A DNA stretch of 63,646 bases, filler included, from Dugesia japonica (lineage: Eukaryota): assembly GCA_001938525.1 (NCBI GenBank). It is 6 parts of 6 records of this genome, joined end to end, with 100 filler letters (N's around TTAATTAATTAA, not from the genome) between each part and the next. Parts side by side here need not be neighbours in the genome. Positions count along the whole stretch, not along the records: positions 21,375 to 29,751 come from MQRL01388503.1; positions 29,852 to 39,298 come from MQRL01613417.1; 4 more parts are not named here. One strand, 5' to 3'. Positions 25,500 through 38,700 of the stretch are shown one piece after another. The position numbers and the translations under genes were made by a program. Below the pieces are notes generated by a model. It saw nothing but the letters and a program-made list of their open reading frames with translations, was not told the DNA's origin and searched no databases. Position 1 is the stretch's first letter; every line of letters starts with the position of its first letter.

Positions 25500-26490
25500 A
25501 AATACGCACATTTTAGACATATTGCATTGTATTATTTTGAAAAAGATAAGTGAAACGTAAATGCTTATAAAAATCTGCTATGTCTTAACAAAACATGTAT
25601 GCCAGAAATGGTTTTCTAAATTCCGATCTGAAAAATTAGATATCAACGATGCGCCTCGTTGTGGTCATCCTACCGAGATTAAATCAGGTGATGTCAAAGT
25701 TATATTTGATCAAGATCCATTCCAGAAGGTTAGGAAAATAGTTGTGAGACCGAGTATACCACATACATATGTAAAAAATTATCATACGTTTCTCAGCTTA
25801 ATGTATAGATTCCTCATAAACTAACTGAAGCCAATTTAACAGCACAAAAATCAATATGCGATTAAAAGCTGAAATTGCAAGAAAACCACTCATATTTAAA
25901 GCAATTGGTTACTGGTGATGAAAAATGAGTTGTTTACAACAGAATATCATGGGATTTTAGTTGCGATTCATCACAAACAACATCAAGGGCAACATTACAT
26001 CACAAAGAAAAATACTTTCAGTTTCGGGGATTCTAAAGGCATCGTGAACAAGGCAATCCATGAAAAGCGACGAAATTTGGTATATTGCAAAGGGTATCTG
26101 AACAATATCCTCCTGGACAAAAGACCCTCTAGACAACCTCCCGGAAGGAGATTTTGTCCTAGACTCCTCGCAAGGATGTTGTCTTTCAACATAATAATGC
26201 GAGTCTTCATACATATCATTGTTCGCCCGGAAAAAAATAATGAGACTTCGGTGGTATGCTTTGCCTCATACGTCATACTCACTGGAATTTGTTCATATCG
26301 ACCAACATTTATTTCGGTTGTTCATGAATTTCTTGAAAGGGAAAACTTTAAAGAATGAGGATTCCGTTAAGGGGCGCCATGATGTGGTTTTTAAAAATAA
26401 AACCAAGGAGTTCTACTATCGCGGAAAAATGAAAATGATAAAGATGGAAGGAGGTTTTTAATAAAAATGGACAACACATCACTGATTAAA
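25500..26490 (+). mobile_element. Mariner transposase pseudogene
   Basis: CQKWFSKFRSEKLDINDAPRCGHP, LVTGDEK (~25905-25925), LPHTSYSLEFVHIDQHLF (degenerate HPPYSPDLAPSDYHLF). Confidence 0.85.
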
Positions 26491-27529
26491 ATTGTTTTTA
26501 TTAATAAAAGCGTTTTGGTTTTATGTCTTCTGAAAAAAACAAACTTATTTGTTAACAAATTTTATTTTGTTTTCTTGCTTTTACTAAGCGTGCCATTGAA
26601 ACCCAGCTGAAATAATTTTTCAAAATGATTGATTCTGAGTTAGTCCGTTTTATGTAAATTAATTGAAACTTAAATAGACCACTAATTTCTTAGGGTAATG
26701 ATTTCCTTACTATTTCAACCTCAAGCTATTGATAAATCTTGTTTTGCTAATTATTGTGATAATTAACGCAATTTAAAATTTTACCAATACAAAGTTAAAC
26801 AAAAATATCATAAGATATAAAAATATTTCATAAGACGAAAATATTTATTTCTCTTCAAAAATTTAAAAACCACTCAAAAATTAATATTTCCTAACAAATT
26901 AAAATATTTTGCTTATTCAGTTGTAAACAAAACAAAGATCTTTCAAAATATGAAACATAAAAAAAATATTCATGCACTTTTAATTGAGAATAAATTCTCA
27001 TATACCAATCAATTCATTTTTAAAAAATTATCCCGCCAATGAATTTACAAACCATATGAAATAATAATACAGAAATATAAGATAATTTAAGAAATCATTG
27101 AAAAAGAAAAAAAAACTTAACTCAGTTTTAAAATTGAAAATTTTAAAATATGATTTCCAAATATAAATCATTAGAAAAAAAATTCGTAACATAAATATGA
27201 GAATTATGCGGAAAAAGAATGTGAAATTTGATAATTTAAATATATAATCAAAAGAAAAACGACAAATTATTGCAGATTTCATAAAATTCTTAATAAACTA
27301 CCCAAGGAAGATATGATTAAATTGATAATTATTCAGTCATCATTATCGATAAGATAACCACAACAATTTACAGAATAATTCCAGTAAATCCAAATAGGTT
27401 ATCATTCAAATTAAATTTCAACAATTTAATTTACCAAGAATGAATTTTATTCTTTGTAAAAAAACAATTGATCACATTAATCAGTGTAAATTTCCATGAG
27501 AATAATTAATAGCAGAAATTTACGAAAAA

Positions 27530-28089
27530 TTAATTTCGTCTTCCTTTCTTTTTATCGTGACGTTTAGATAGCTTGGACTGTTTATTGTTTGGAGACGAGG
27601 GAATATCAAGTTCTTCAAGAATATCTTCTTCTACCGGAGAGGAAGAAAATCCAATTATTCGACCGCTTTCAGGAGTAAGACATCCACTCACGCGTCTAAG
27701 ACGAGCTTGTCCAATATCACGAGTCATAAATTCGATATAACCTGTTTTCGGTTCTTCAATGATATCTTGTGGTTGTTCAGCGTATTCATCTTCATCTAGT
27801 ATAGCATGAGCCAATATTGACATATTATCAATACTACCGCCAAGACTATCACTAATTGACGATCCACAAAAACTATCTGAATTGATGTAAAAACCAACAA
27901 TTATAGAAAAGAAAACTTACTGCATATTTGTATTCGTTGATCGTTTAAAGGAACTTTAACAGGAGGACTAGAATAATAATCTTTTGTAAAATCAACTCTT
28001 TCGTTTTCACTGAGTATAGATTGACTGGATATATCACTGGATGCTGACGGAGATTTTTGCAATACTTCCAGGCGCGCCTCTAACAATTC
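27530..28089 (-). CDS. Last two exons (28089-27921, 27876-27530) of an unidentified host gene with a Ser/acidic-rich C-terminus
   Basis: Acceptor attAG|GAA TTG; 44-nt intron GTAAGT...TTCAG (27920-27877) joins the two ORF-track ORFs in frame (...QIC N SFCGSSISDSLGGSIDNMSIL...KKGRRN*); no stops. Confidence 0.75.
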
Positions 28090-28120
28090 CTAATAATTTA
28101 TAATTAAATAAATTTGTCAA

Positions 28121-29751
28121 CACTAGATTTGACGGGTTTTCGATTTTATGCTTAAAAATTCTGAACATGGTAATATTATTCTTTTAATATTACATATTGG
28201 TTTTTAATGATATAATGCAGTAAATATACACATCTACCCGTTTTCTCTGGCGCAGCTATATTTTATTTTTTTTAGATGTTGTATACCTATTTTTACGAAA
28301 ATCCTCCAATTTGACGAGTTAATTTATATAGATCAATTATTGCGAAATAACAAAATGAGATATCAATGAATAAGTAAAAACAACACCCAGTAAATGATGG
28401 CTGTTTAGTAATAAATACATGAGCAAACAATTTTGAACTAGTTATTTACAATTGTGATATGATAACATATAATTGCTTCAACGGTGAAATTTGCAGAGAG
28501 AAGAAGTGATTTTTGGAAGTGAAGCTGATCTTATTATTTTAAAAAAACAAGTAGATCCATGTGAGAGATAATTTCAACAGTGCGTTTTGTAAAAAAAATA
28601 AGTGCTATTTGGAAGTTTAACAAAAATTTATTTTCGTAAGTGAAGATTGAAATTTTCAAAGTATTTTCAAAACCTATCCAAAAAGATACATTTTTTACAT
28701 TTATATTTTGCCTATTTAGTTAAGGGTATTATGGGCATGCTTCCAAAACATATTAAATTGATAAAAAGGATAGCCAGCACAAATGAAGACCAATCTGTAT
28801 CGGATTCTGATATAAATGCATTATGCGAAAGCAAGGAAGAATGTGACAATATCAACAAAATTGAAGATTATGACGACAGTGAAAATGAAAATTATGACAA
28901 TACCTACCGTAAAAGAATGCATATTATTTCAGATACTGAAAGCGAAATAAAAGAGGCTGATAATGAAAAAAATTTGATCTTTAGAACTTTATGGAAACCA
29001 CTAGAGGAAGGTAGAGGCTGTGGTAGAATAAATGGTGACCCAATTTCTTTTCACAAATAATGCCAAAGATAAGTTCACGGAAATTCATCAATACATATGT
29101 TTCGACAAAAAGAGCGAACGAAGTCAGAGATTAAAAACGGATAAATTTGTTTTAATTTCTTCAATATGGGGCAGATTTATGCAAAATAGTCAGGCTTGCT
29201 ACAAGCCCGGGGCGAATCTTACAATTGATGAACAATTGTTCCCAAGCAAAACTAGTCGTCGCTTTATACAGTATATGCCAAATAAGCCCGATAAATTTGG
29301 CATAAAGCTTTGATAGGCATTGGGCATTATAAGCAAATATCTAATAAAGGCCCTAGCATACATAGGGAAAGACGAAAAACGATTAGCAGATATTCCTTTG
29401 AGCGAATTCGTCGTGATCAAGCTTATTGAACCATATCTACAGTGTGCCTGAAAAAAAANNNNNNNNNNNNNNNNNNNNNNNNNNNNNNNNNNNNNNNNNN
29501 NNNNNNNGGGAAAAACTCTTGTGGTAACTTTACGTGCAAAGAGAAAGAAATTTCCAAAAATTGCGATGGCTAAAAAGGATAATAGGATCCGACATTCTAC
29601 AAAACTTTATAAATCAGATGAGTACGTTTTCACAATTTACAAATCAAAACAGAATAAAAAGGTATTATTGCTCAGTTCTAAACACAAACATGAGGAAAAA
29701 AATGCCAAACGTGTCCCTGAAATAGTCGCATTTTACAACCAAACCAAATGT
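28121..29751 (+). mobile_element. piggyBac (PGBD4-like) transposon, degenerate, truncated by the scaffold end
   Basis: Left end tcaa|CACTAGATTTGACG; transposase YKPGANLTIDEQLFPSK..FIQYMPNKPDKFGIK, KVLLLSSKH, PEIVAFYNQTK. Confidence 0.9.
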
Positions 29752-29851
29752 NNNNNNNNNNNNNNNNNNNNNNNNNNNNNNNNNNNNNNNNNNNNTTAAT
29801 TAATTAANNNNNNNNNNNNNNNNNNNNNNNNNNNNNNNNNNNNNNNNNNNN
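29752..29851. other. Artificial 100-bp scaffold spacer
   Basis: N44-TTAATTAATTAA-N44. Confidence 0.97.
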
Positions 29852-30090
29852 TTTTTAGAAAAAACTAAAACTTAAATAATGTAGTAAAATCAGTTAAAAT
29901 TATATTTTCTATCAGACATTAATCTGTGCGTGGCAAATATTTTTCTTTTTCAGTGGAAGTTTTCTGTAATTTACGCGCAGCTTAGAAGGGAACATTGGGA
30001 GTAACAATTTGCAACATCTCTTGCAATCATTTGTTACATAATTCTATTATTTAATTGTTATTTATCAAATAAATTATTGATGTTGTACAT

Positions 30091-31670
30091 CAGGGGTGTC
30101 AAACTCAACCAACATTTTTGCGGCCCACCCATATATTGGTACACAAAATACACAACGCTGAAATAAAAATAAGATGAGTAAAATTTAGGGTTTGCGAACC
30201 GGTTATNNNNNNNNNNNNNNNNNNNNNNNNNNNNNNNNNNNNNNNNNNNNNNNNNNNNNNNNNNNNNNNNNNNNNNNNNNNNNNNNNNNNNNNNNNNNNN
30301 NNNNNNNNNNNNNNNNNNNNNNNNNNNNNNNNNNNNNNNNNNNNNTGTAATAAATCAGAAATAGTATTTTATGCAAAATAAACACAATTTTGAATAAGAT
30401 CAGTAGGATATAACATTTTAAAAAGTTTATTCTCTGCCATAAACGGAAATGCTTAATTTTGGCAAGCGGATATTAGAAAGATTATTTCAAAAAGAATCAT
30501 AACCAGAAAGTTTGGTGGATAGTGAGAATAATGAGAATAACAACAAATGTGAATAATGGTGTTGAAATGTCGTTTAATGTTGAACTTAACATTGTTATTG
30601 AAACGAGTGTGTGAAAAAATCACAAGAAGTCGTTAAACGTTTAGAAAAGAATGTATTTTTTTCGAAGCAACTGGGGAAAGAACAAACAACTTAAAATTGC
30701 TTTTCAATGCCTTACTTACAGTTAAGCCAACTTCAATGGACTCATAAACAACCTTTCCTGTATCAGGAAATTTTGTAATAAAATTAGAAGTTGATGAGTC
30801 GATAAATGCTTTAGTATTTCTAAAATACTATTTTCTTTCGAAAAACGAGTAAAAAGTTTCATTAAACATTATTTTTACCTAACTATTTTAATAAATTGTA
30901 CCTGTTTTTATTAATTTTTTCTATCGAAATTGGAATTAAAAATAAAAACTTTGAAAAAATCTTTATTTCATGGCGTTTTTTAGCAAAGTAATGCAATAAG
31001 AGATTTTATTATAGACTTAATTTTTTTCTTTAAAAACCCGGTTTTAACCGTAAAACCGGTTTTTCAAGAAACATGGTTTTTTGCAAACCCTAGTAAAATT
31101 CGCTTAACATTTTTTTAATTAGAGTTTTTTTGCTCTTATTAAATAAAATGCATACATTTATTTTGAATATACGATCACCATTCGGTAACTAAGATAGTTA
31201 AGCATGAATAATATCTAAAATATGTCAAATTTAGATTACTGACTTTTTGAAAGATGAAAATTGTTGAAATAATTTACAAAAAATAAAAATAATGCGTTAA
31301 AAAAGCTGATTAAATGTTCAACTGTTAAATAATTATTAGTAAGTTATTGTTGAACGAAAAGCTGGAATACAATTGCAATTATTTCGAGAATAATTGTTGG
31401 ACATAACCATTGATCGTTTTAAAGAATTCATTTTATATCAAAGCTTCTATCAAAATTTTGATTTTTTTATTGATATCAATAAAATATCAATAACAAGTAT
31501 CAATAAAAAAACCAAAATTTTGATCAAAGCTTTTATATTAAATGAAATGCTGGAAATATAGATTATTATTAAGATGTACTGTTTAAATCAAGGGTGTCAA
31601 ACTCGCGGCCCGCTAACTAACGAATTTGGTCTAATGCGGCCCGATAGATCATTTGAGTTGGACAGCCCTG
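30091..31670. mobile_element. Non-autonomous hAT element with 8-bp TSD TTGTACAT, containing nested insertions
   Basis: CAGGGGTGTCAAACTCAA ... TTGAGTTGGACAGCCCTG; TTGTACAT at 30083-30090 and 31671-31678. Confidence 0.9.
30186..31092 (+). mobile_element. Nested deleted hAT element with 8-bp TSD GTAAAATT and transposase C-terminus
   Basis: TAGGGTTTGC...GCAAACCCTA; GTAAAATT at 30178-30185 and 31093-31100; FEATGERTNNLKLLFNALLTVKPTS...SINALVFLKYYF dimerisation domain. Confidence 0.9.
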
Positions 31671-31876
31671 TTGTACATGTTTGTCAAGATTTTAGATTAT
31701 TTTTACTTGTATTCAGATTGGTAATTCATAAGGACAATTACCATTTCTAATGAGTACACTTTTTAAGAGAACACTTTGTTTTTTCAAATAATACTAACGA
31801 AAATTATAATTGAAACAAATTAGATAAACGGTGATAAATTTTCACTAATCAATAAATAAGATGGCAGATAGTTTGT

Positions 31877-32487
31877 GTGACCCGATATTTGCGCGATAGA
31901 CATATGAGCGGGGACAAAATCGCGCCTATTAAAATGAATATTATTCCTAGTGTTATTAGTTTGGTGAATTGGAAGTGGATGCTAAACATAATCATAAACC
32001 GAATAATGTCACTATTTTAGAACAATCTGTTATTTGGAATTATCTGTTATTTAAATTATATTTTTGGTTTTTATTTTGCATTGTGTGGTTATTTTTTATT
32101 TTTTTAAAATGTAAATCATTAGTTTTAATTTAACTTTCCAATCTATACATAAAGAGTAAAGTACGTTCAACATTTCTAAACAAATCTTTTCGTTAAAAAT
32201 CATTTTTTGCTCATTATTTTCGGATCTTTTTAAAAAAATTACCCCAGGGGTAGAATTTTAACATGTGTTTTTTTATGGTAATTTTTTTAACATGTGTAAT
32301 TTTAGGATCATTTATTGGAATTGTGCACTTTTGAGATCATTTTTTAAATATGATCCATCCGTTGTTATTACAAGTATGATATATAGTACACTTAAGTTGG
32401 TCGACTCAGTCACTGGGCTGTCCATAGTTTGTTGATGACGTGATTTTGTCGGCGCTCATATGTCTAACGCGCTTTTTCCGGGAACCA
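31877..32487. mobile_element. MITE with ~45-bp TIRs and 9-bp TSD (Mutator-like)
   Basis: gcgcgatagacatatgagcggggacaaaatc vs gattttgtcggcgctcatatgtctaacgcgc; ATAGTTTGT at 31868-31876 and 32488-32496. Confidence 0.75.
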
Positions 32488-33709
32488 ATAGTTTGTACCT
32501 TCAATCGATGATAGTTGAAAAAATCATGTCACAATTATTGTGTCATCATGGGACAGTAAAGATTAATAAAATCTTGATATACATATTCTGAAATATTTCT
32601 ATTTAACCTTAATGCATGTTGTTTTCTTTTGGTGTCATTTCTCAACTATTTGGATAAAGGTAAAATCTATTCGTTATTACCGGATTTGCTCGAATATTAA
32701 TCCTGATCTTATATTCCAAGTTAAATATTAAATTATTAATCAACAAGAATGTTAGAAGAGTATAATACTAACTCATCGTTGAATTTAAAGAGATTTTGAC
32801 TCTTTAAAATATTTATTATAAAATCACTATTTATTATTATATTAGAACCAAGTGTAAACAGTTTATTGATTAAAAAGCTTATATTAGATGAGTTTAAGGC
32901 TCTCAACGTCGAAGTCAAAAGAAAGTAGCAGTTTCAATTTTAAATACAACAAATGTAAATTTGTTTTTAACAAATTAAACAAAATTAAATAATTCTCATT
33001 CCAAGTAAATATTTCAAGTTTTTAAAATTTTTTAATTTAATTCTAAATCAATTATTTATTTGAAATAATCATTTAAATAAATTTTAAAATAAAATTCATT
33101 TTAATTTTAAAAATTTAATAATTAAAATCATTGACATTNNNNNNNNNNNNNNNNNNNNNNNNNNNNNNNNNNNNNNNNNNNNNNNNNNNNNNNNNNNNNN
33201 NNNNNNNNNNNNNNNNNNNNNNNNNNNNNNNNNNNNNNNNNNNNNNNNNNNNNNNNNNNNNNNNNNTTACTATTAATAAATTGATAAATAGATTAATTAA
33301 TTTCTTGCAATTATCCGCTGTATGCGTCGTTGTTCTAAAGAGCATATATATTGACTTTATCGCTGACAAATACTCGCTATTATTGTGATTTTTAGCCACC
33401 GGTCTAACCGCTGATAATTAGTGTGCAAACATTTAAATATAACTTTTTGTTATTATTAAAAATAATTAGTCTATTAAAAATAATTCGGGTGAATTAAAAG
33501 ACAAGTACCAAAAATTTAATATTTACGCATATTTTATTAATAATTTAATTAAAATTATTTTCAAATTAATTACATAAAAATATATTTTAAAGCAAAATTT
33601 CAGCCGAGATGANNTAAATTCAATTCTGTTTTTAAACCAGTCTGACAGCTTAGATCAAAAGANTAATAATTGGATTTAACAATTGATCGTATTTNTGAAG
33701 TTTCGATAN

Positions 33710-33855
33710 ATTAAAAATCTTAAATCAAAATGACGTTTTTTTAATTTTCGACGATAGTCTTCTTTGGGGATTTGATTTAAAAGAAAACTGTCGTCGAACA
33801 TTCGTATTGCTGACACGAACTTAAAAAACGTCATTTTGATTTACGCTTTTTTAAT
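33710..33855. repeat. Fold-back (palindromic) repeat; near-identical copy at 33972-34095 across a gap
   Basis: aaatcaaaatgacgtttttt ... aaaaaacgtcattttgattt with inner ttcgacgatagt/actgtcgtcgaa arms. Confidence 0.7.
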
Positions 33856-34401
33856 TTATTGAAACTTCAAAACTTGCAATAATTGAAATTGCGAAATTTA
33901 TTGATTATTTAGAATATCTTCNNNNNNNNNNNNNNNNNNNNNNNNNNNNNNNNNNNNNNNNNNNNNNNNNNATGACGTTTTTTTAATTTTCGACGATAGT
34001 CTTCTTTGGGGATTTGATTTAAAAGAAAACTGTCGTCGAACATTCATATTGCTAACACGAACTAAAAAAACGTCATTTTGATTTAAGCTTTTTAATTTAT
34101 TGAAACTTCAAAACTTGCAATAATTGAAATTGCGAAATTTATTGATTATTTAGAATATCTTCTTCAAAATCAAGTTTAGATTTATCAACACTACCTGATA
34201 ACGCAGTCTTATTTTGAATCTTGCTAGACATGATTTTTTTAAAAAAATGAATTTAAATAAATTTTTCTCCTCGAATAGAAGGCAAAATTTTTTGAATGGT
34301 AATCTTTTCCAGAATCAGGATTTCTAAAACAATTGTAAAAAGCATCTGGAAATTTTTGTTTTCTGATGTATTTTTCTTCTTCATAAAATATTTCACTGTA
34401 G

Positions 34402-34877
34402 AATCACAAATGATGGGCATGAAAAACAAAGGTATATACGTTTTAATGAGTGGATTGGACTATGAAAGAGTGATTTTATCAGCTGGTCCTATAGGTTTGA
34501 TGCAAGCAGCTTGTGATGTAGCGTTTGATTATGCCCAACATAGAAAAGCATTCGGACAGCCGATTGCAGAATTTCAATTAATGCAATCGAAAATGTCGGA
34601 TATGTATTTGAAACTAGTTACGTGTAGATCATATGTTTATAATGTTGCCAAATCTCTTGATAGAGGTGAACGGCAATCGAGAGATTGTTCTGGTGCAATA
34701 TTATTTTCAGCAGAATGCGCTACTAAGGTAGCTCTTGATGCTATTCAAATACTTGGTTATCATTACTGTTTGTATAATAAATTTGAAACTTTGTTTCTCA
34801 GGCGGAAACGGTTATATTAATGATTATCCCACAGGTCGCATCCTTCGTGACGCAAAATTATATGAAATAGGAGCTGG
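34402..34877 (+). CDS. IVD: Isovaleryl-CoA dehydrogenase, 3' exons (34402-34755; 34802 into gap)
   Basis: [28 protein letters not shown]...[22 protein letters not shown]...ALDAIQILG|[25 protein letters not shown]; 46-nt phase-1 intron GT...CTCAG (34756-34801); intact frame. Confidence 0.95.
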
Positions 34878-35747
34878 NNNNNNNNNNNNNNNNNNNNNNN
34901 NNNNNNNNNNNNNNNNNNNNNNNNNNNNNNNNNNNNNNNNNNNNNNNNNNNNNNNNNNNNNNNNNNNNNNNNNNNNNNNNNNNNNNNNNNNNNNNNNNNN
35001 NNNTATTTATAATAATTTTTTCCTCCTAGCATTTGGTTTAGGTGGAATTATTGGAATAATATAACAACGCATTTGGGATTTTGATATTTTTATGTGACTT
35101 CAAAATAAATCTTTTTTATTGGTTAGTTCATTCATTTAGAATTGAAATATCCTGCAAATCGTATTGGAATGTGTCGATAATTCTAGGTCGGTTGTGTAAG
35201 TAATAGAAGAGGTAAACTTGACACTTGTTTTTGAGAAAAAATATGGAATAATAATGAAAAAAATATATTTTACAATATATTTACAATATAATCACAAAAT
35301 TCAAAATATAATGCACCTCTTTTTCTATTATTTGGAGTATAATAATAATCCTTTTTAAATTTTAACTATTTACTCTATACAAAAAAGTTTATGTAAAGTT
35401 TTACATTATTGAATTAAGTTTCCACTCATTAATGATGAATTAAAATTATNNNNNNNNNNNNNNNNNNNNNNNNNNNNNNNNNNNNNNNNNNNNNNNNNNN
35501 NNNNNNNNNNNNNNNNNNNNNAAAAAAGCTGAATTAATTGTAAAACTTGTAAATTAACTGAATAATTAATTTAATTGTCTTAAAAGGTTAAATTAACATA
35601 TAGATTTAGAAATTTGTTTAATTTTGTAAAAAAAATGTAAACGAGTTTTTATTCATAATATAACACATAAAAATTGAAAATCCTATTTGTTTTTAAATTA
35701 AAGATTTATATAAACAAATCTCAAGAAAAAAAATTTTCATATATAAA

Positions 35748-38700
35748 ATGCTTACTTGTGATAACTGTAAAAAGGTTTTTAAAAGAAAAGCGATTTAAAT
35801 CAACTTATAAACAAATCGAAAAAATGTATTCAATTAATTAAAAAATAAAATGTTAAAAAAGAATTCATTTGCGATAATTGTAACAAAACATTTAAAGCTA
35901 AATCAAGTTATATTTCTCACAAGAAATTTTGTTTATTAAACTCATCATCATTAGTAAAAAGTGAAATTTGCAATAAAAGTTTTATTGATCAAAGATTTTA
36001 TGATTATCATTTAAAAAGTAAAGGACATTTATTAAAAGCAAGAAGAATTATGAATATAGAATTATTAGATAATGATGAAGAGTTTGAAGATTATATCAAA
36101 GAAAATAACATAATTAAAAGAAATATATTGTTAGGGAAAGCCCGTAAATACTACACACAGAACATACACATACAACAAGCAAACAACAGCNNNNNNNNNN
36201 NNNNNNNNNNNNNNNNNNNNNNNNNNNNNNNNNNNNNNNNNNNNNNNNNNNNNNNNNNNNNNNNNNNNNNNNNNNNNNNNNNNAGAATGAATTTAAGTAT
36301 GATACCGTCTATTACCAACAATAAAAATTTTAGTATTACAAATACATATGTACTTACAATTATTTTTAAAATAAGCAGAGTGGACACATTCCATTCAGAA
36401 CACTAACTAACTTATGTTTATTTATTTAATTTTTAAAAACCAACTATTAAAGAACTTTTTTGANNNNNNNAGTTGCTATAGTAGCAAAAATAATTAACAC
36501 TTACTATATACTACAATTAAATCTAGCATTATTTTACAAATACCACTTATTTTAAGAAGAAATATTGGAAAATTAAAATTTGTAAACTTTATAAAAAAAT
36601 TCAATATTGAAACTAACTTATGTTCTCCTATTTATAAAATTATCTGGCGGAACCCCTATTTGTGCTTCATGGAACCCTAAAGTTCTGTGGAACACAATCT
36701 GGGAAACGCTGATCTATATTAACGATTTTAAGATATAAGGTATACATATAATAGTAATATACAGGAAAATCGTGTGATTGTGTTATAATTTAAAATTAAT
36801 TCAAACTCACGCAATTGCTTATTTGCTTTGGTAACAATCCCCAAAGCATCTCAACAATATTAAGAAGTAAAGATTTAATTACTTTAAAACAAATAGTTTC
36901 TAATACAGATGCATCTCAAAAAATAGAAACTGTAAAAACAATTCCATCATTTGATATATTTGAAAAATCTGCAAAACATTATTTGGATTTGTTTGAAAAT
37001 TGTAAAATAAGAATAGGTGTATGCACTTATTTAAATAAAAGAAAAGAACAAACTCAAATTGATTTTAATAGTAGAACAGAAATAATTTTAAATAAAGAAG
37101 ATTTAGAAAGTAAAATNGAATTAATTTATAATGATTTGAGTAATGAAATGACAGAATATGAATGAAACGAAAGTGGATTAATTATTGAATCCATAGATTC
37201 CTTAGACATGTTCATTGGAGAATATGCTTCTGAATCAGAATTAAGGGGAACATGGATTGAATTACCATTCAAATCAAAAGTTTTATTTAATGAAAATTAT
37301 AATGATAGTAAATGTTTCTATCATGCAATAATAAATTCATTAAAATATAATAAACAAGGTTATAGTGAAATTGAAAATTTAATGAATACAAGTGAGTATG
37401 AACCAATTTCAATTAATGATGTAAAGAAATTTAATAATGATAATGAAAGAGAAAAGTAAATATATTTGAAATTGATGAAAGTAAACACATTAAACCAATT
37501 ATATTAAGTCATTATCATTGGTTACCAACAGATATCAATGAAATACATTAAACAAATTTATTTATTTATAATAAACATATATCTTGTTCAAATGTAAGTG
37601 TATTTGTAAATAAATCAAAAAATAAATCATTTCCATGTTTAAATTGTAGAATAGGATTTAGAACAAAGAAATGTTTAGATATTCATAAAATATTATGTTT
37701 AAATAATAATTCAACAATAAATATATTTCATGAAGACAAATATTTATCTTTCAACAAATATAATTTTAAAAATAAAGTTCCATTTATTATAAGTGCAGAT
37801 TTTGAAGGTTTTAATGATATAAATACTCGAGATAATTCAATTGAACAAAACTTTTTAGCATTTGGGATGTATATTTCAAGTAATTATGAAAATTTAAGAA
37901 AATCAGAATATATAGAATATTGTGGACATGATGCAGCACAAAAATTGGTAGATAAATTTATATCATTAGAAATTGAATTTAGAAAATTATTAAAAACAAT
38001 TATTCCAATATCAAAGATTCCAGAAAAACCAGAGAAATGTTATTGTTATTATTGTAATATACAAATTCAAGATTTAAATATAATTGTAGATCATGATCAT
38101 TATAATGGAAAATTTAGAGGAAGGTTATGTAATAGTTGTAATTTAAAAGCAAAATTTCATTTTGTTCCAATGTATTCTCATAATGGAAGTAAATATGATT
38201 TACTATTAATATTTACTAAACTTTTTCAATATGATGAAATTAAAAATAAAAAAACAAATTTTTTATGTAAAAATGATGAAGAATATATTTCTGTACAAAT
38301 AAGATGTATTAGAATTTTAGATAGTTTAAGATTATTACCAAGTCCATTAGAATTTTTAGGTAAGACTTTATCACCAGAAGAATGTATAAATTTAAATAAA
38401 TATAATCTCAAACCATTAAAAGGAATATTTCCATACAGAAAATGATAAATTTAATAAAATAGATAAATTATGAGGCAAACTACATTACCATCACTCGAAA
38501 AATTTTTTAATAAAATAAAACAAAAGAATATGACTGAAGAAGAAATAATCAAGCACAAATAAATTGGGAACAATTACAATGTAAAAAATATGAAAGATTA
38601 TACAATGAATTATATGAAAATAGATGTTATATTATTAGGAGATATTATATAAAATTTTATAGAAATAACAATTAAAAAATTCAATGTTGATCCATGTTAT

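Noticed and set aside
33730-34161. Tandem duplication across the 33922-33971 gap
   Set aside because: Likely an unmerged overlap of alleles or reads at a gap.
34296-34401. N-terminal extension of the IVD ORF (MVIFSRIRISK...)
   Set aside because: No IVD similarity before the acceptor at 34400-34401; intronic read-through.
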